DNA of 48,531 nt, the filler included, from Bipalium vagum (taxonomy: Eukaryota), in the NCBI GenBank assembly GCA_037834085.1. It is 3 parts of 3 records of this genome, joined end to end, with 100 filler letters (N's around TTAATTAATTAA, not from the genome) between each part and the next. Parts side by side here need not be neighbours in the genome. Positions count along the whole stretch, not along the records: positions 1 to 16,677 come from JBBMKC010098823.1; 2 more parts are not named here. The stretch is one strand, 5' to 3'. This document shows, in pieces, positions 1 through 13,924 of this stretch. A program made the position numbers and the translations under genes. Positions within the stretch are counted from its first letter, which is position 1; each line of letters starts with the position of its first letter. A model generated the notes under the pieces. The model saw nothing but the letters and a program-made list of their open reading frames with translations. It was not told where the DNA came from and searched no databases.

Positions 1-139
1 TCTTGAAATAAAAATGTTAAACAATCTCGAGTTTTTGAATACTGAAACTGTCGATAACGTGGCAGTAACTAACAACTAACATGTATCATAATTAATTTTT
101 AACTTTAGATTTATTATTGAGTAATTGAAATCTATTTAT

Positions 140-900
140 ATCAGATTGGTAAGAAATTAATTTCGCTTTTTAACGACAAATACGCAGTATTATTAAAAAT
201 CTCAGAAGACAAAAATGTGTTTTATTCAAAATATGATCCATGACAAGCAACACATTTCTACCCATTGGAAATAAATTTATATATTCCACTGATATATAAG
301 TCTGGTATTTTGGAATCAATAAACTCGAGGATTGCATGTTGTAAAGCACTGTTGTTGTGTAAGATTTTCTTTTGTAGGATGTGAGAAAAATGATTTTAAA
401 AATGACAGTCAGTAAGTCCTAATCCGATAAGGCAGATTTTCATATCCAAAATAATTCAGCTTCTGTAGGGATTGTTTTGTAACCTATGGCCTGGCCTTAT
501 AGAATATTTTTATTGAATAATTTTAATTGAATATAATAATAATAAAAGGGTACAATGATTGCAATTTCTGATTAATTTACTTTTTTAACAATATCTTTCT
601 AATGTGATAGTTTTTAGTATATTTAAGAAACTTTAGTGAATCAGACAGACCTAGAACCACCAAACCAAAAACTTGGTTTTTTTCTGTGCAATCTTTGATT
701 TGCGAACTGATCTTGAGTTTCGCCAATGTCCAGCCATTGTGATGGCCGCCGTCGGTTGTCGTAGACAATCCATTTTTCATCGAAGGTCACCCATTTAACG
801 AGCTTCAATTTTTTCCCAAGTTCGTGCAGAAAGTGTAAATTGTTGATTGATTAACTACTCTCTCTTTGGCAAGTTCCCGACCCGTTATGCGTAAATTGGT
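140..900 (-). mobile_element. Degenerate mariner transposon (Hsmar1/cecropia-like), pseudogenised
   Basis: Minus-strand translation gives WVTFDEKWIVYDNRRRPSQWLD (mariner first catalytic Asp motif, ~735-800) and the C-terminus ...KCVACHGSYFE* (~222-260). TIR-like end attggtaagaaattaatttcgcttttt at ~145. Frameshifts and stops present; left/right limits approximate. Confidence 0.75.
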
Positions 901-1264
901 TGGCTTTCAAAAAAATCTATTGTTAAGCTTGAATGTATATAAAACTCAATTATTTTCTTACCAATCTAATATTTTAAGAACTTTCTTACATGTTGAATTG
1001 TATTATAGATTATATTTTTCATCTAATTGCTCATTAAATAGAATTCACGAAATATAACCGAGATGTGTTTTTTAATTAATTAAATCAATAGACAAATAAC
1101 ATTTTTATTGAGTAATTAAATATTCTTTTAATGAATATAAGATATCGATTTTATTAGTAAATCAAACCTTTATTCAATTTGTAAATAGTTTTTCACCAGT
1201 AATAATTATTTCAATTTTTTCTAGTAAAACTTTATGGGTGTTATATATATTAATTTTCTTACAG

Positions 1265-4200
1265 ACTGAATGTCCCGAATGGCAATATAAACACCGCTGT
1301 CCGTGTCCATCGGAAGCTGACGTGAAATATAAATTATTAAGAGCATTGTTTGATGGATTTCACATTAATATTGTCGAAGATAGCACATGTTTAGCGTTAG
1401 AGGTCTGTGGGCCAGTACATGTAGTCAATTGTAATTTACACGGCCCTACCACAAAAGAAGGAATTTCAGCTATTTTACCCGAATTTTCAGTTAAGCAGTA
1501 TATTAAGCCATTAGGTTTTTTTTATAAATTACCTTTTCCCATTTGTATGTGAACTATATAGTTGAAGAGCCAGATTCTGACAACTGGCTGGAAGCAGGTT
1601 CCCTAACATTGGGTAATGTGGTTCTTAATGCTGGAATTGCTCTTCCAATGCTCGACTACAGATTGTGGCAAGATAACTTTTTAAGATATCATGACAAAAA
1701 GACTAAACGACTTTGGTTTCTTTGGAGCGATTTAGATGAAGAGGAACAAGATATGGCATCTGCTTGTGGCTGTGTTGGAGGCTGTGCATTTTTTGGAGAA
1801 AACTTCTTGAACAATAGATATTCGAGACCAACCACTCAAGCTCTAGAGAACGTTGAAAAAGCTGCTTGTTTTGTAAGTCGAGAAGTGTAAGTACTGTTTT
1901 AATTGTTTTATGATTAAAATTTTTTGAGTAATATTATAATTAATATTAGTAATAATTTATTATTATTAAATTCAAAAATCTTAGTCTTGGTTCCACGCAA
2001 CTACTACCAGCCTCTGGCTTATGAGACAATGTCATCGTCAATAGTATTCATCCAATATTCAACTTTCATCCTCAAAAGACCTCATTAGAAATTTAATTCA
2101 AATATATTAGTTGTAGAAGAGTAATATTAATATTTGTCGGGTTTAAAATCCAATTATATTGAGAAATTCGTATTAAAATGTCATTATTAATAAAATAATT
2201 CCACGTTTTTGGTTTGATATGAATTCCGTCATAGAAAGATTGATTTGTTTATAGGCAGTCCAATTACCTAATCATTTTTATATATCTCCATAATTCTTCT
2301 AGTTCTTTTTCGGTCACCTGAAACAAATGATAACCGGACACAAGAATGTTTGATGGGTGCATATTAAATTCTGGGGATATACCAATCACAGACGCGAATT
2401 CAATGCCTGGAAATTCATTCTTGTCGCTTTTGTTTGAATTCATTACTAAACTACATTATTTAATCTTCATAACGATTTCTCGTAACTGCTTCTTATGATT
2501 TCAATAATTCATTGAAAATTGAGCTTGATCAATGTTTAAGATTACCCCAAAGTCTCCAGTGACTAAAGGATGTACAAAAGTCTTTATTCTTTTTAATCAA
2601 AGTTTGCATTTTTTTTCTTGTCAATTATAAAATTCTTTTTCTTTCCTTCTGAATATTTTCCATATCCATTTTTTCAGTAACTTTTACTGAAGCACTCAAT
2701 TTTCTTTCTTTCGCATATTATATTCCAACAATAACGCTTGTATACTCATTGTCAATAAAAACACGGTGCTACGAAGTTGTCGAATGCCATTGCGACGATG
2801 TTGCAGACATTCCATGCATCCCATGTTCGTAAAATAGTGGAATAATTTCTTCCCAAACGTATGATGATTTCTCTGAAATTTATTAGTCCAGCTTAATAAC
2901 CCTACTATTCGACCTTTTACAAAGTCAAATAGTATTATTGCTAAATGTAATATGAATAATTCTTATAATTCAGGAATTATTTGCTTACATATTTATATGA
3001 TACGCATACAAAAATTTGGATATATAATTAAATTAGATTGGTTAAACAAGAAATATAATGATTTCAATGCATTAAAATAATCATTCATTAACATAATTTT
3101 AAAATCACTATAGTTCATCTTTATCATATTTTTTTTTTCGTGCTCGTATTCGGTTTTATATTTTATGAAGGATATTATTTCATTTAAGATGATTTTTCAC
3201 AAATTACTTTGAAATACAGACTAGGTACCACAAGATTGTTGACGTTTGGTGAGAGCTTATTTGAAAAAGGAAAGTGGATTTTTGAAAGACATAAAAGCGA
3301 AAATTGTTCTGAAATTTCTTCTGGGTGGATTCTTTTGAGAGAAAAAATTGAAAGAGAAGAAATATTAGCAAATATTCATGTTGGTTTTTATAATTTTACT
3401 GATTTTGAACTAAGAAATATTTCTCCAATAGAATTCTTCAGACTCTGTATCGGATTCAAGTGAAAGAATAACAATTGGTCTACTTGAAGATGAAGAACCA
3501 ATTCTAAACCACAGCCAAACACTAAGTGATGCACTATCAAACGATAACGATTCCCAGCTGCCAACCTATGAAAATGGTCTACCCAAAGTCAAAAGAAAGT
3601 TTTCTTTGAAGAGTCTTATTTCCTGTATTTCGAGTAAATCCACGGAAATGTCGATCCATACCCATTTAAGTACAACTAATTCTGATCACGAAAAAGGATT
3701 TCAAAACAAGTCATTTCAAAATGATGATGGTGAGGATGAGAGTTCGGGTGAAATAAGAGCAAAGTATGTGGGTGAGTACTTTGTTTTTTATGTTTATTAC
3801 TTTTACCATCTCGACTCATTTAGATCTCCGTGGACAACTTCACAAAACAATCACAGAAAGCAATTTACTTTATACGGCATATAAACGTCACCTTGCAACC
3901 TATAGTTGTAGTAAATGGGCTGTACCAGTTATCCTACGCAATTATTGGACAAAATGTCACTCAGAAAGATTGGCAGTCTTTCATTGTACTCAGGAAGGTT
4001 TTAATCCGAAATTAGTTGTCATGAGAGCACATCACAAACGTTCGACTAGGCCGATTCCTCTATCAGATATGAATTACGTCCTCGGATGTTGTAAAAAGTT
4101 TCCAGACCATGGTTTGCCTTTTTCTTACTTATTTTTCTATCTTTCCTGTATATACATGTCTATTACTTTTAACTCTTATTAAGTCTGCTAATATTTATAT

Positions 4201-4412
4201 TAACCAAATCCATTAAGGATCTGACCCCAACATGTTTTAGTTATGGTCGTCAATTATTCAATATTCCTTCAAATTTAACAAAATATAAGTCAAAAACCTG
4301 TATTTAATCGTATCACAATCTACACAAAAGTTATCATTAAATGTTTCATGGAAAACCAATAATATTAAGTAATAGATCAATAGATAAGTAGTAGTAGTAG
4401 TAGTAGTAGTAC

Positions 4413-4476
<64 letters not shown>

Positions 4477-7400
4477 CTTAATAATAAAAAACTTAATAAT
4501 AAATAACTTTTGCTTTTTACGAAACCTTTAAACCAAAAAAATTGCCAAATAACTTAGGCACCATTTTTTCTACAATTTCACTCAATTTAAAAATTAATTT
4601 CTTAATGCCATTTTTATACAAATATACTGACTTGAAATCGAAAATTCTTGGATGGCAGGTAATATTTACAGCTTCATAAGAAACAAACATTTCGCGACTA
4701 AAAAAATCTTGCATTGCCCGAAACAGATCTTCATTCGATATTTTGTCTGTCATTTCTGCATAATTATTACATATTCATCAAAATGCTCGAAAAATTTTTA
4801 GGCATTAAACTTCTTAAAATCGCCATAATACAATTGATTTTCAAATATGTAAGAAATTTCGTAATTGATTAAATGTGAATTATTAATAAAACAGTATTAC
4901 CTTATTGAATAATATCAAATCATCTCGGTGATACCCAAAATCACAGTCTTTCGAACCTTCAAAATAAACAATAATAACAAAAAGAGAAATCAAATAAAAT
5001 TAACAAAATTATTGAAAATTATTGAAAATCGAAAATTTTAATTAAAATTAAGAATTGCCTTGACCGACTTCGGTTCAGGCTTTCGGTAAGCTAACCGAGT
5101 TCTTCCGATCTCCCATTAGCTCGAAACCCAAGCACAATCATGAACATACTATATAACCATGACTATCAAGTAGTTTCCGTGTCGTTTTAATATTATCAAT
5201 TTGGTGTTCACTTCTATGTTTTAGGAGCTGATTTTATATAGGGAATTACGATCAATCAAGTGGTTTACTTCTAAACTGTTGAGGTAATCACAAACAAACA
5301 ACAAAGTCGGTTCCATTGATAAAATATAGTGCCATTCAGAGAAAATTTTTTGAATTATGTTTTGAAAGAGTTTTTTAATAAAAGTAATTTATCCTTTAAT
5401 AAACATTTTACACGAAAAAAGGTTTCTTAAAATTAAAAAGATTATGAAAAAAAATTAATATTTTGAATAATTAAATATTTCAAAGTTAAAGACCAAAAAT
5501 ATAACTGAAAATGCAGACAGAAACATAGTTATCGATGAAAATTGGATATATCGTGACTGTGTGCCACTCATTACTGAGCAATGATTCTTGGTAGATATTA
5601 ATGACAGACCTAAAGTTGTCAGAAAGAAATGATCATGTCAACAACCTATGAAAGATCGTTATACTTCTGAAGGAATAAGAATCTGTTAATGCAACAAGAA
5701 TTATGATATGAATTTGCAAGACCGCTGCGTATTTCGAAATTTTGAAAGGCTTAGACTACATATCAAGCAGAGATGACATATTACAAACTGTAGAGGACTA
5801 CATTACTCAATTCTATGAAGAAAATTTTAATAGAGCTCATCAAATTTCAGAATTATTTGGGGAAAATCATTAAATTTCAAGGAGAATATATAGTCTTTTT
5901 TGTGCATTTCGATAAATCACTTAAATTTATTATCTTCGCCAAAAATATTTTTTTCGAAAAATTAATAAATCGATACGTTTAAACATCTAAATTTTGGATA
6001 AAATTATTCTAATATCATCATTGGTTATCAGAAATTATTTAATTTCCCGAAAACAATAATAATGTTTACTATTATTTTTTGCACATAAAAGTAATTTATT
6101 TACTTATTTTTTATATTTTTTTTATATTACTGAATATTAAATTTTTAAACCCCCACTATAGAATCTTTGGACAGCAGCACTACAGATTTAACTGCTAAAA
6201 CAACGGTTTCAATCAAATTCAACAATTCCATCAATGTTCTGCTCACTCCTCTGTTTGTTGAATGTATAACGAGGTTCATCATTTTCTTTTCTTTCAAACT
6301 TGATGTTTATGTTTTAAAATCTCTTTTTCACAGATATGTAACAATCCTAACTCCGGAATTATCGCACTCATTCACCAGTACGGTTGTTAATAGACTCCAT
6401 TTTCAAAGTGTGCAGTTAACTCAAGATCGTTGTAAACCAATGAAAGGAACATCAATAGATCCGGATAGCATGCTTTCTACAAAGTGTGCTTCTCTGAAAC
6501 GAACTGAAATGGAGATCAATGGGAATAAAGAAACTGGTGTTGCCACAAATCCTACGGAAAATGTTTTTGAATCAGCTAGTCATTGGGTTCAGCGGAAAGT
6601 TACTTCTGTCCTTGTGCCTAATATATCAGGCTTGACTCCTCTGATGGAAGAAAGTTCATTGGTCGACCGTAAGATATCCTAAGACATTCTAATGAATTTC
6701 AGATCTTTACCAATAGAAAAGAAAGGTGATTATACAATAATTAATATGGAAGAAATGCCCACCACACCAACTGATGCAAAGGATTATCCTGATATAGCAA
6801 TTGACCAAAGCGCAGACTCTGTCGGCTTGACAAGTCCAGCAGCGGGAGAGATAAGTAGAGTGAAAAGAACACAATTCTCAGTCAGTATCGATCGTATTTA
6901 TGTTTGCGTAATGCAGTTATACGCGATTGAAGACATTGTAAATAGTGATACTTTGGTATCGGGTCTTCATGATCTCACTTGTGTCTCTCTCATGTCATTA
7001 TGTCTTGATACGGCATCTTTTCAGGTTTTCTCACTTTTACTTTTATATTTTTATATTTTTTATGATTTTAACGTTATTATTTCATTTTATTTGTCTTTTC
7101 TTAATTTTAATTTTTACAAGAAATTATATTTATATATTATTTATTATTTTGAAAACTTGTACATAATAACTAAAAAAATTATTATTATTACATCATATTT
7201 TTATAATAAAGCTTGTTCACAAGGATTGAGAGAAAACGCTACATAAAATCTTTATTTATAAAAGATTTTTCGAGGGATCAGCTACAAAAATCAATGATCT
7301 CAGACTGTTGGTTGATGATCTTCGTTTTTCTTTTTCGCCCCCTATACCTTTGTAGAGGCGTTCTTACCTTATCTTAATAACTTATTCACGAGTCAAGTCA

Positions 7401-10400
7401 TAATATTATTTCTAATACTATCTCTTTTATCCTTTTATTATTAATTTTTTTATGCATTATGGTACTCCTTTACATATATCTATATTTCACCTCAGTTATT
7501 GATAAATTCGCGAAGTGAAGTCAAACATGATTTGGATACTCTTATTCGGGCTTTAAGAGAATTGAAAAAGTCTAAGGCAAAACCACGCGTCCAAATCGAT
7601 GAAATCAATTTGGCTAATTTAAATACGGGAAAATTTGCAACTACCACGACGAAAAGTATATCATCGAACAACATGCAGGACATAGACAGATTTCGCAAAA
7701 CTGAAGAAATAATTGCAAATATCGAAGTAAAGAGGGTACACGGTCAATTAAGGCGACTGACCCGGGACAGTCAGTTCTCTCCGGATGTGCTTCTAACTGC
7801 AATACCTTTCAACACTTCCAAGGTGATTATATAGATATTATTATATATATATGTAATTTGTATATTATGTGTGCTAGAGAAATAGAAAAAAGTAGAGATG
7901 ATTTTCTACTTAATTCGGTTTTTTAGATTTATTATGCTTTGTAAAAATTTAATAATTTAAAAGCGAATCTTATAATATTTCGCTATTGAATAAAATAACT
8001 TAAAATAAAGTTAAAATTATTTTTAATTTACTTGGAAATTTGAATTCATTTGTTTTGCTTAAATAATTAAATAAAAAATCAATTAAAACTTTACTAAAAT
8101 ATAAATAATCAATATATTTATGTCGATTGAATATGAAAAGTTAATTATTTAATTTAATATTGATTGAATTTATTTTTTTATTATTATTTTAACTTTAACT
8201 ATTTGTATATTCTTATAATATTGGGTTGTCCGGAAAGTTCGTGCGTTTTTTTATTAGAAAAACAAAGACTGCTTTTTTACAGAAAAATATATTTTTATTA
8301 ACAAATATAAGCACCATTCTGTACAATAATTTGTTCCCATCTATCAGATAATGGCATAATTCCACTTTTGAAGAATTTTTTGACTTTTAGATCTAGGAAA
8401 TTCTCCAAGTGCAATTTGATGCTGGATTCTATGGTGAAGGTTTTATCGACCAATATTTTTTTAAAAATTTAATTCTTTTTAATTATAAAATAAGATAAAG
8501 ATCGATTGGAACAAGGGAAATTTAAGTTTTCCGTCGCATATAGAGCTTTCTTCTCCTTTGTTATATCCCTTTTTTATGAATATTGAGATTATTAGGTGTT
8601 TTTCACAATACGAGGGTTATGATTTTATTAAATAAATATGTTCTTATGACATTTTAATTTTTACTCCGAGAACTTTTGTTAAAACCCTTGTATCACATAT
8701 AGCGTCATGACTCTTTCTACTCGAATCTTCACGAAGTTCCCAAGTGCTTGAGAAGTTGTTTCATCGTTTATCCACAGTTCCTATAGTGGCAACTCTTACA
8801 TTTCATGTTTGTACATCCTTTGAAGTACCATTATCGTTTATCCAATACTTGACTATTGATAATTCGTTTGTTAATCCACGTATTTCCGGCGATACATAAG
8901 GCAGATATACCGGCTTTTTTAAGGTTAACCCATTTTTAAAACATCAATATTGCGATGTGAGTAGTATTTGTAACCCATTAGCGTATTGAGTGATAATCCG
9001 ATAAATTCTCTTAGATGCTATCGGATTGCAAAGTCCAGGCCATAGTGCTTTCCCTCAAAGACAGTTGTTTTCTCCAAACAGATGAGATAACTGATCGTCA
9101 TCTTGTATTTGCTTAACTTAGCTTTGATTGTACAAATGACTTAAAGCCCTGGTGGCTTGTCAGGGAGTTAGATGGCTTTAACGTATCTTCTCCATGAGTT
9201 TGAGGGTTCCTCGTCATTTTTTCCCATCAGTCAACACCATTCGTTGTATTTCATTTTCGATTTTTATTTCATATCTGTATTCCTTGCACGGAATATCAAG
9301 GACTGCACATTTTCTTTGGTTAACATACCACATGCTTAACCATCGTATTTTGCATCACATTGTATTTATTTGTAATTTTAGGTTCTGCGTACTGTATGTG
9401 ATAATGACTAGGTCGGCAGACATACGCTAAAATGTCAATAAAATTATTCCGGAATTCTTTTTCTAGCTCTTTTAATTATTAATTTCCAAATAAAGTTTGA
9501 AGAAATAATGTTTAGTGAAAGATAACCACTATTAATTATTCAAGAACAGTTTGAAAGGACGAACATTTTCAAAATATAAAACGAATGTTTCAGATAAAAA
9601 TAGCACCAATTCTACTACTATTTACTAATTTTACTACTATATACTAATGGCAAACGGCTTTAATCATTTGGCACAAAAAATATTATAATAAAAACTATGT
9701 TGGAAACTTTATTTTTATAAAATTAGGGGAATAATAAGAAATGTTTAACTCATTAAAGTATTCTAATTTCCAAGATTACAGAAGTAGTCAATAGATGACT
9801 TAAACATTGTGTATTTCATGCTTTCCTGTAAAAAAAATTAATAAAAATAAAAGAATGAAAATCTATAAATTTAAATAATGATAAATAAATCATTTTTAAC
9901 TGAACAGTTTTTTATTAATTTTCAAATAAGTTAATAAAATATAGACTATAACCAAATTTTTTAATTTTATTTCAACTCTAATTAATATTTTGTGTAAAAT
10001 AAAAATAATCAATTTGAATCAATTAAATAATACTTATCGAAATAATAATGCCCAATAAAGTGATTCTACAATAAGATAAAATAATTGATTTTTTATTTTA
10101 AGGCACCTTTTCTAGAAAAAATATTCTTCAAAAATATATTTAATTAGAGTTTTATAAAAGTAATTAAATTATTTAAGCATTAAAACTTTTTTGAAAATTA
10201 TTTATCAAACCTTTAATTTTTTCCATTATTATAATTTATAATTAAAGAAATTGAAATTTCATGTTTATCGATCTGAGCTTTTCTAAAGTTTAATTTAATA
10301 ATTTAACTTCTTTAATTTATAATTTTATTTTATTTCAATTAACTTTATTGACTTGAATGTGCTCCGTGGTAGATTATTTAATATTTATTAGTTAAAATTA

Positions 10401-13400
10401 ATTATAAAAAATAAAATAATGTTATTTTGCTAATTAAAGAATCTTGAAATTTAGTAGAGATATATTTTATTAATTTATCATTTAATTTACAATTTTTTCA
10501 TATTCCCTTGGCTTTAGTTTTTTTTTAAATTTTCTCTTAGCTTCTGGTTTTTAATGCTTGCAAATAAATTTGTGATTTTCAAATATCAACGAAAGTCTTA
10601 TTTTATCACGTGATCTCTTGATGTTCGACCTTTCAAATATTTCTTTTAAATTATCTTATACAGTCTTGCTTTACTTGAATATTTTGGTAGAAAATTAAGC
10701 TGAAAAATTGTTCATTCAATTTTATTAAATACAATTTTGATTGGTTAATTTCTAATTGAAAATTTATTTAATGAAATTTAAATCTTTAGTTTTAATTTCT
10801 TATAATATTAAATTTAAGAAGCTTAATTTTCTGCAGTATTTATAATAACCTTAAAATTATTTATTTCTATATTTGTCTAAATTTTATTATTATCCAAATA
10901 TTATTATCCAAATATTATTATCCAAATGAACCCAGATTTTCCTAACATTGTTTTACATTTATAACTTAAATATCTGAATATTTTAAGGTATTTTTCTCGT
11001 TTGAGTCAGATCCAGGAGGTCCTTTATCGCATTGTGTTAAATTGGATGAAAGAAGTGCTGGTTGGATTATGTTCGAATGTGGGTTGGAAAACTTGGTGTT
11101 AAAAGGAGTTCGAAAGAGAGGATTTCCTGACAGTGTGGATGACTATTCTAAAGTAAATCTTCTCCTTCTCCAAAAATCTATTTTATCACCTCTTCTTAGA
11201 AAGTGTCAGATGATGATAATTCAACGGATCATTCTTCAGAAAACGTCGATGACAATGACGATACTACTGACTTGGGAAAAACACATATTCCCTTGCGGTC
11301 GTCGAGAAATGCACTGATAACTCATCTTCAAGTTCGGACTTTGTGGCTTAATTTCCCAGCTCCGAAAAAATTACCAAACAAAAAGCGAATCAATATAACA
11401 AGAGATGATTGGAATTTATTGAGTACTGCTACACCAATGATTAAGGCTTGGATGGATCCTTTCTACCGATTGATTCGAAGTTGTGATAAATTAAAACAGT
11501 TGACGGAACGAAGGCAACTTGCCGTTTTGGCCTGCCTGATGACGCAAATCTCCCATGTTGAGATAAGTCATTTCAGTAACATCATGTTCGGGCATTGTGA
11601 TAAGGTAGAAATTTTTTTCTTCATAATATTTTCAAGATATCCTCTCACTCTGCTTCCGATCGAAAGTGAAATCACATTTTGAATGTTTTTATGGAATTTC
11701 ACTTTATTCTCATTGGTTTATTTATTTAAAAATTTAGAATAGTGACAGTTACTACATAAAGTCCGTCATACATTCTTTAAAGAGAATAACCAGAACTTGG
11801 GAATTTTTAATTTATTACTATTTTAATTTATTTATTATTTTAATTTATACATGTTTAATGTAGTGGATTTATTAATATTTTAAATAATTATTATTTTAAA
11901 TTTAATTATAAATACTGAATTCAGAATTCTCGATCATAATATATAATGAAAAATATATTAATTTTAAAATATTTTAATAATTATGTTAATAAATTATTAT
12001 ATTTAATCAGTTAATTACTTTAAATATGTAAAGCCAGACCTCGTTTAACTGACACTCAACTAAGCAAACACAGTAACGGCAAAAACCGATTTTCTAATTC
12101 ATTTATGTGGACCCCTCGTAATAGCTGAAAACTGAACGTGGTCCCTAAGCTGTCCGTTAAACGAGGTTTGATAGTTTATAGATTATATTGTCTTATTTTT
12201 ATTTATTCTACTATAGGATTTCGATGGTTTGTCTAACTTTGTTTGAATATTTCGGATTTTTGATAACATTAGTAAATTATTAAGAAACTTGCAATTATGA
12301 ATTACAAATCGATAGATGCTAATATATGCAATAATTGATTTTCACTTTTTTAAAATACAGAAAAAAATTTTTTTTTAATCAAAAACTTTATTTACGATTT
12401 TGGGAGTAAATTAAATTATCAAATTGGCAAAATATGATTTTTTTATTTTATGGAAAACATTTAATAATATTTAATTTTTTATTAGGCCTTGTTTGAGTTA
12501 AATGATGATGGAAAGCTTTGTATATAATTCGATTAGTATGGTTATAGAAGATTTACTCCCCTTTAGTATAGAAAGTATCAAAGAACATACAATATAAAAA
12601 ATGTCAATAAATATTATAACACTACTTAAAATCAAATCCTGCAAATTAACTGATATCAACTTTTTGTAATCTTGGATATGTGACTTAGAATTATGATAAT
12701 AGAAATTTTTACGGAAGAGTAACATAATATCATCTATTATTTATTTGATTCTGTAAAGTCTCTGGCTCGAAATAAGATCCCTTTGAAATCACCTGCTCCT
12801 TTTCGTTGAACAAACTCGACAAAGTGATATTTCAAGAATTTTGGAATGATTCCCTTTTACTAAATATTTTCTTCTTGTTCTTTTTTAGATTTTCATTACT
12901 CTCATCCTTTTACTTAATATTCTATTTCTCTAGTTCTTTATTTTCGACAAATTTGTCATATTTACAAATTTACTTAATTTTTTTCAATAATTGAACTTAA
13001 AATTCCAAAGCTGTCTGATATTTATCTTTTTCTAAGGAATTTGAAATAATTTTTTGATACATTTTATTATTAGTTGATAGTTTGCTCAATAGATCCATAC
13101 TGCTAGAGACGGATTTGATTTCCTCCAAAAATTACTGACAGTGAAATGTCATTAAGATGGTACCCGATATGGGATACAAGGTTGAGTTTGCTTAACAAAA
13201 ACAATTCAGAAATTATTAATTTGTTGCCCTGTGAAACTATTATTTTTATTCATATTTCAAACCACTCAAAACAATTTATAACTTCAGTTATATTAATTAA
13301 TTTCCGAATTTAAATAATTTTATGGAGATCCAGTCTTTAAATTTTCAGACATTCAATTTCTATAATAAATGGAGAACAAGTCTTGCTAGAGCTATACGCT

Positions 13401-13924
13401 ATGAACCAACTTGTCAAATCTTTACATTGATTCGTATGTACCTTCAATCAGATCCCAATCTAATCATGGAAATCGAACGTAGTCTCAAAGATGACACATT
13501 GCCCCAAACTGTCACATTACAAAGAGGTATATTGGCACTAACTCGTCATTGGCAGCATTTGGTGGAAGTCGATCCACAATTAAAAATTAATTTCTTTCAA
13601 AATCTGAATGATACTAGCAACTTCAATCACATGAATGTAAACAATATTCAACGAATGTGCAGTCCCGGTGGATTGATACATGTTCCCACGGCTACCACCC
13701 AACTGTTCCATTACAATATGGAAGATCCTTCTTTAAACAAATCTCCAGAATCAGATGAACCTCTTAGTACAGTGCATCAAGATGATGAAAATATTACAAT
13801 AGAAAACCCTATTATGGAACGATTTCTTCAAGATACAAACATCGCTTCAACTAGTAAATTCATGAAAGATCTCAATGAGAACAGTCCAAATGCGTTCGAA
13901 TTCCAATTGGATCCACAAGAAGAA
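1265..13924 (+). CDS. BLTP1: Bridge-like lipid transfer protein 1 (KIAA1109/tweek/lpd-3) homolog, internal portion (5' and 3' ends not in this contig)
   Basis: Phase-compatible GT-AG exons: 1265-1514, 1562-1886, 3220-3379, 3432-3771, 3824-4111, 6162-6273, 6334-6668, 6717-7024, 7496-7822, 10988-11152, 11200-11604, 13349-13924. Recognised KIAA1109 motifs: CPSEADVKY..VNCNLHG..EGISA, WLEAGS, HDKKTKRLWFLW..CGCVGGCAFFG, GWIMFECGLENL, DWNLLSTATP. The 3379/3432 boundary is less certain. Confidence 0.9.
2140..2900 (-). mobile_element. Highly degenerate mariner remnant in BLTP1 intron
   Basis: Minus-strand fragments HPSNILVSGYHLF (cf. HPPYSPDLAPSDYHLF) and FYDGIH..PKRW-like C-terminal segment; many disablements. 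Confidence 0.45.
4387..4474. repeat. Compound microsatellite (AGT)n-(AAT)n
   Basis: Direct reading: agtagtagt... followed by a long aataataat run. Confidence 0.95.
5500..5900 (+). mobile_element. Degenerate mariner fragment
   Basis: IVIDENWIY (cf. IVTGDEKWIY) at ~5525-5551; remainder decayed. Confidence 0.4.
8221..8460 (-). mobile_element. Mariner 3' end fragment with TIR
   Basis: TA followed by ttgggttgtccggaaagttcgtgcgttttt (mariner-type TIR). Minus strand encodes the transposase C-terminus LHLENFLDLKVKKFFKSGIMPLSDRWEQIIVQNGAY. Confidence 0.75.
10885..10927. repeat. Short tandem repeat, 3 x 14 nt (tattattatccaaa)
   Basis: Direct reading. Confidence 0.8.
12031..12175. mobile_element. MITE with pogo/Tigger-like terminal inverted repeats
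   Basis: cagacctcgtttaactgaca (12035) is the inverted repeat of tgtccgttaaacgaggtttg (12151-12170); no coding capacity. Confidence 0.65.

Noticed and set aside
577-780. ORF with TTDG resembling a hAT catalytic motif
   Set aside because: Another frame gives a much better mariner match (TFDEKWIVYDN).
8500-9430. Possible retroelement remnant in BLTP1 intron
   Set aside because: Higher GC and coding-like on the minus strand, but no diagnostic motif could be read.
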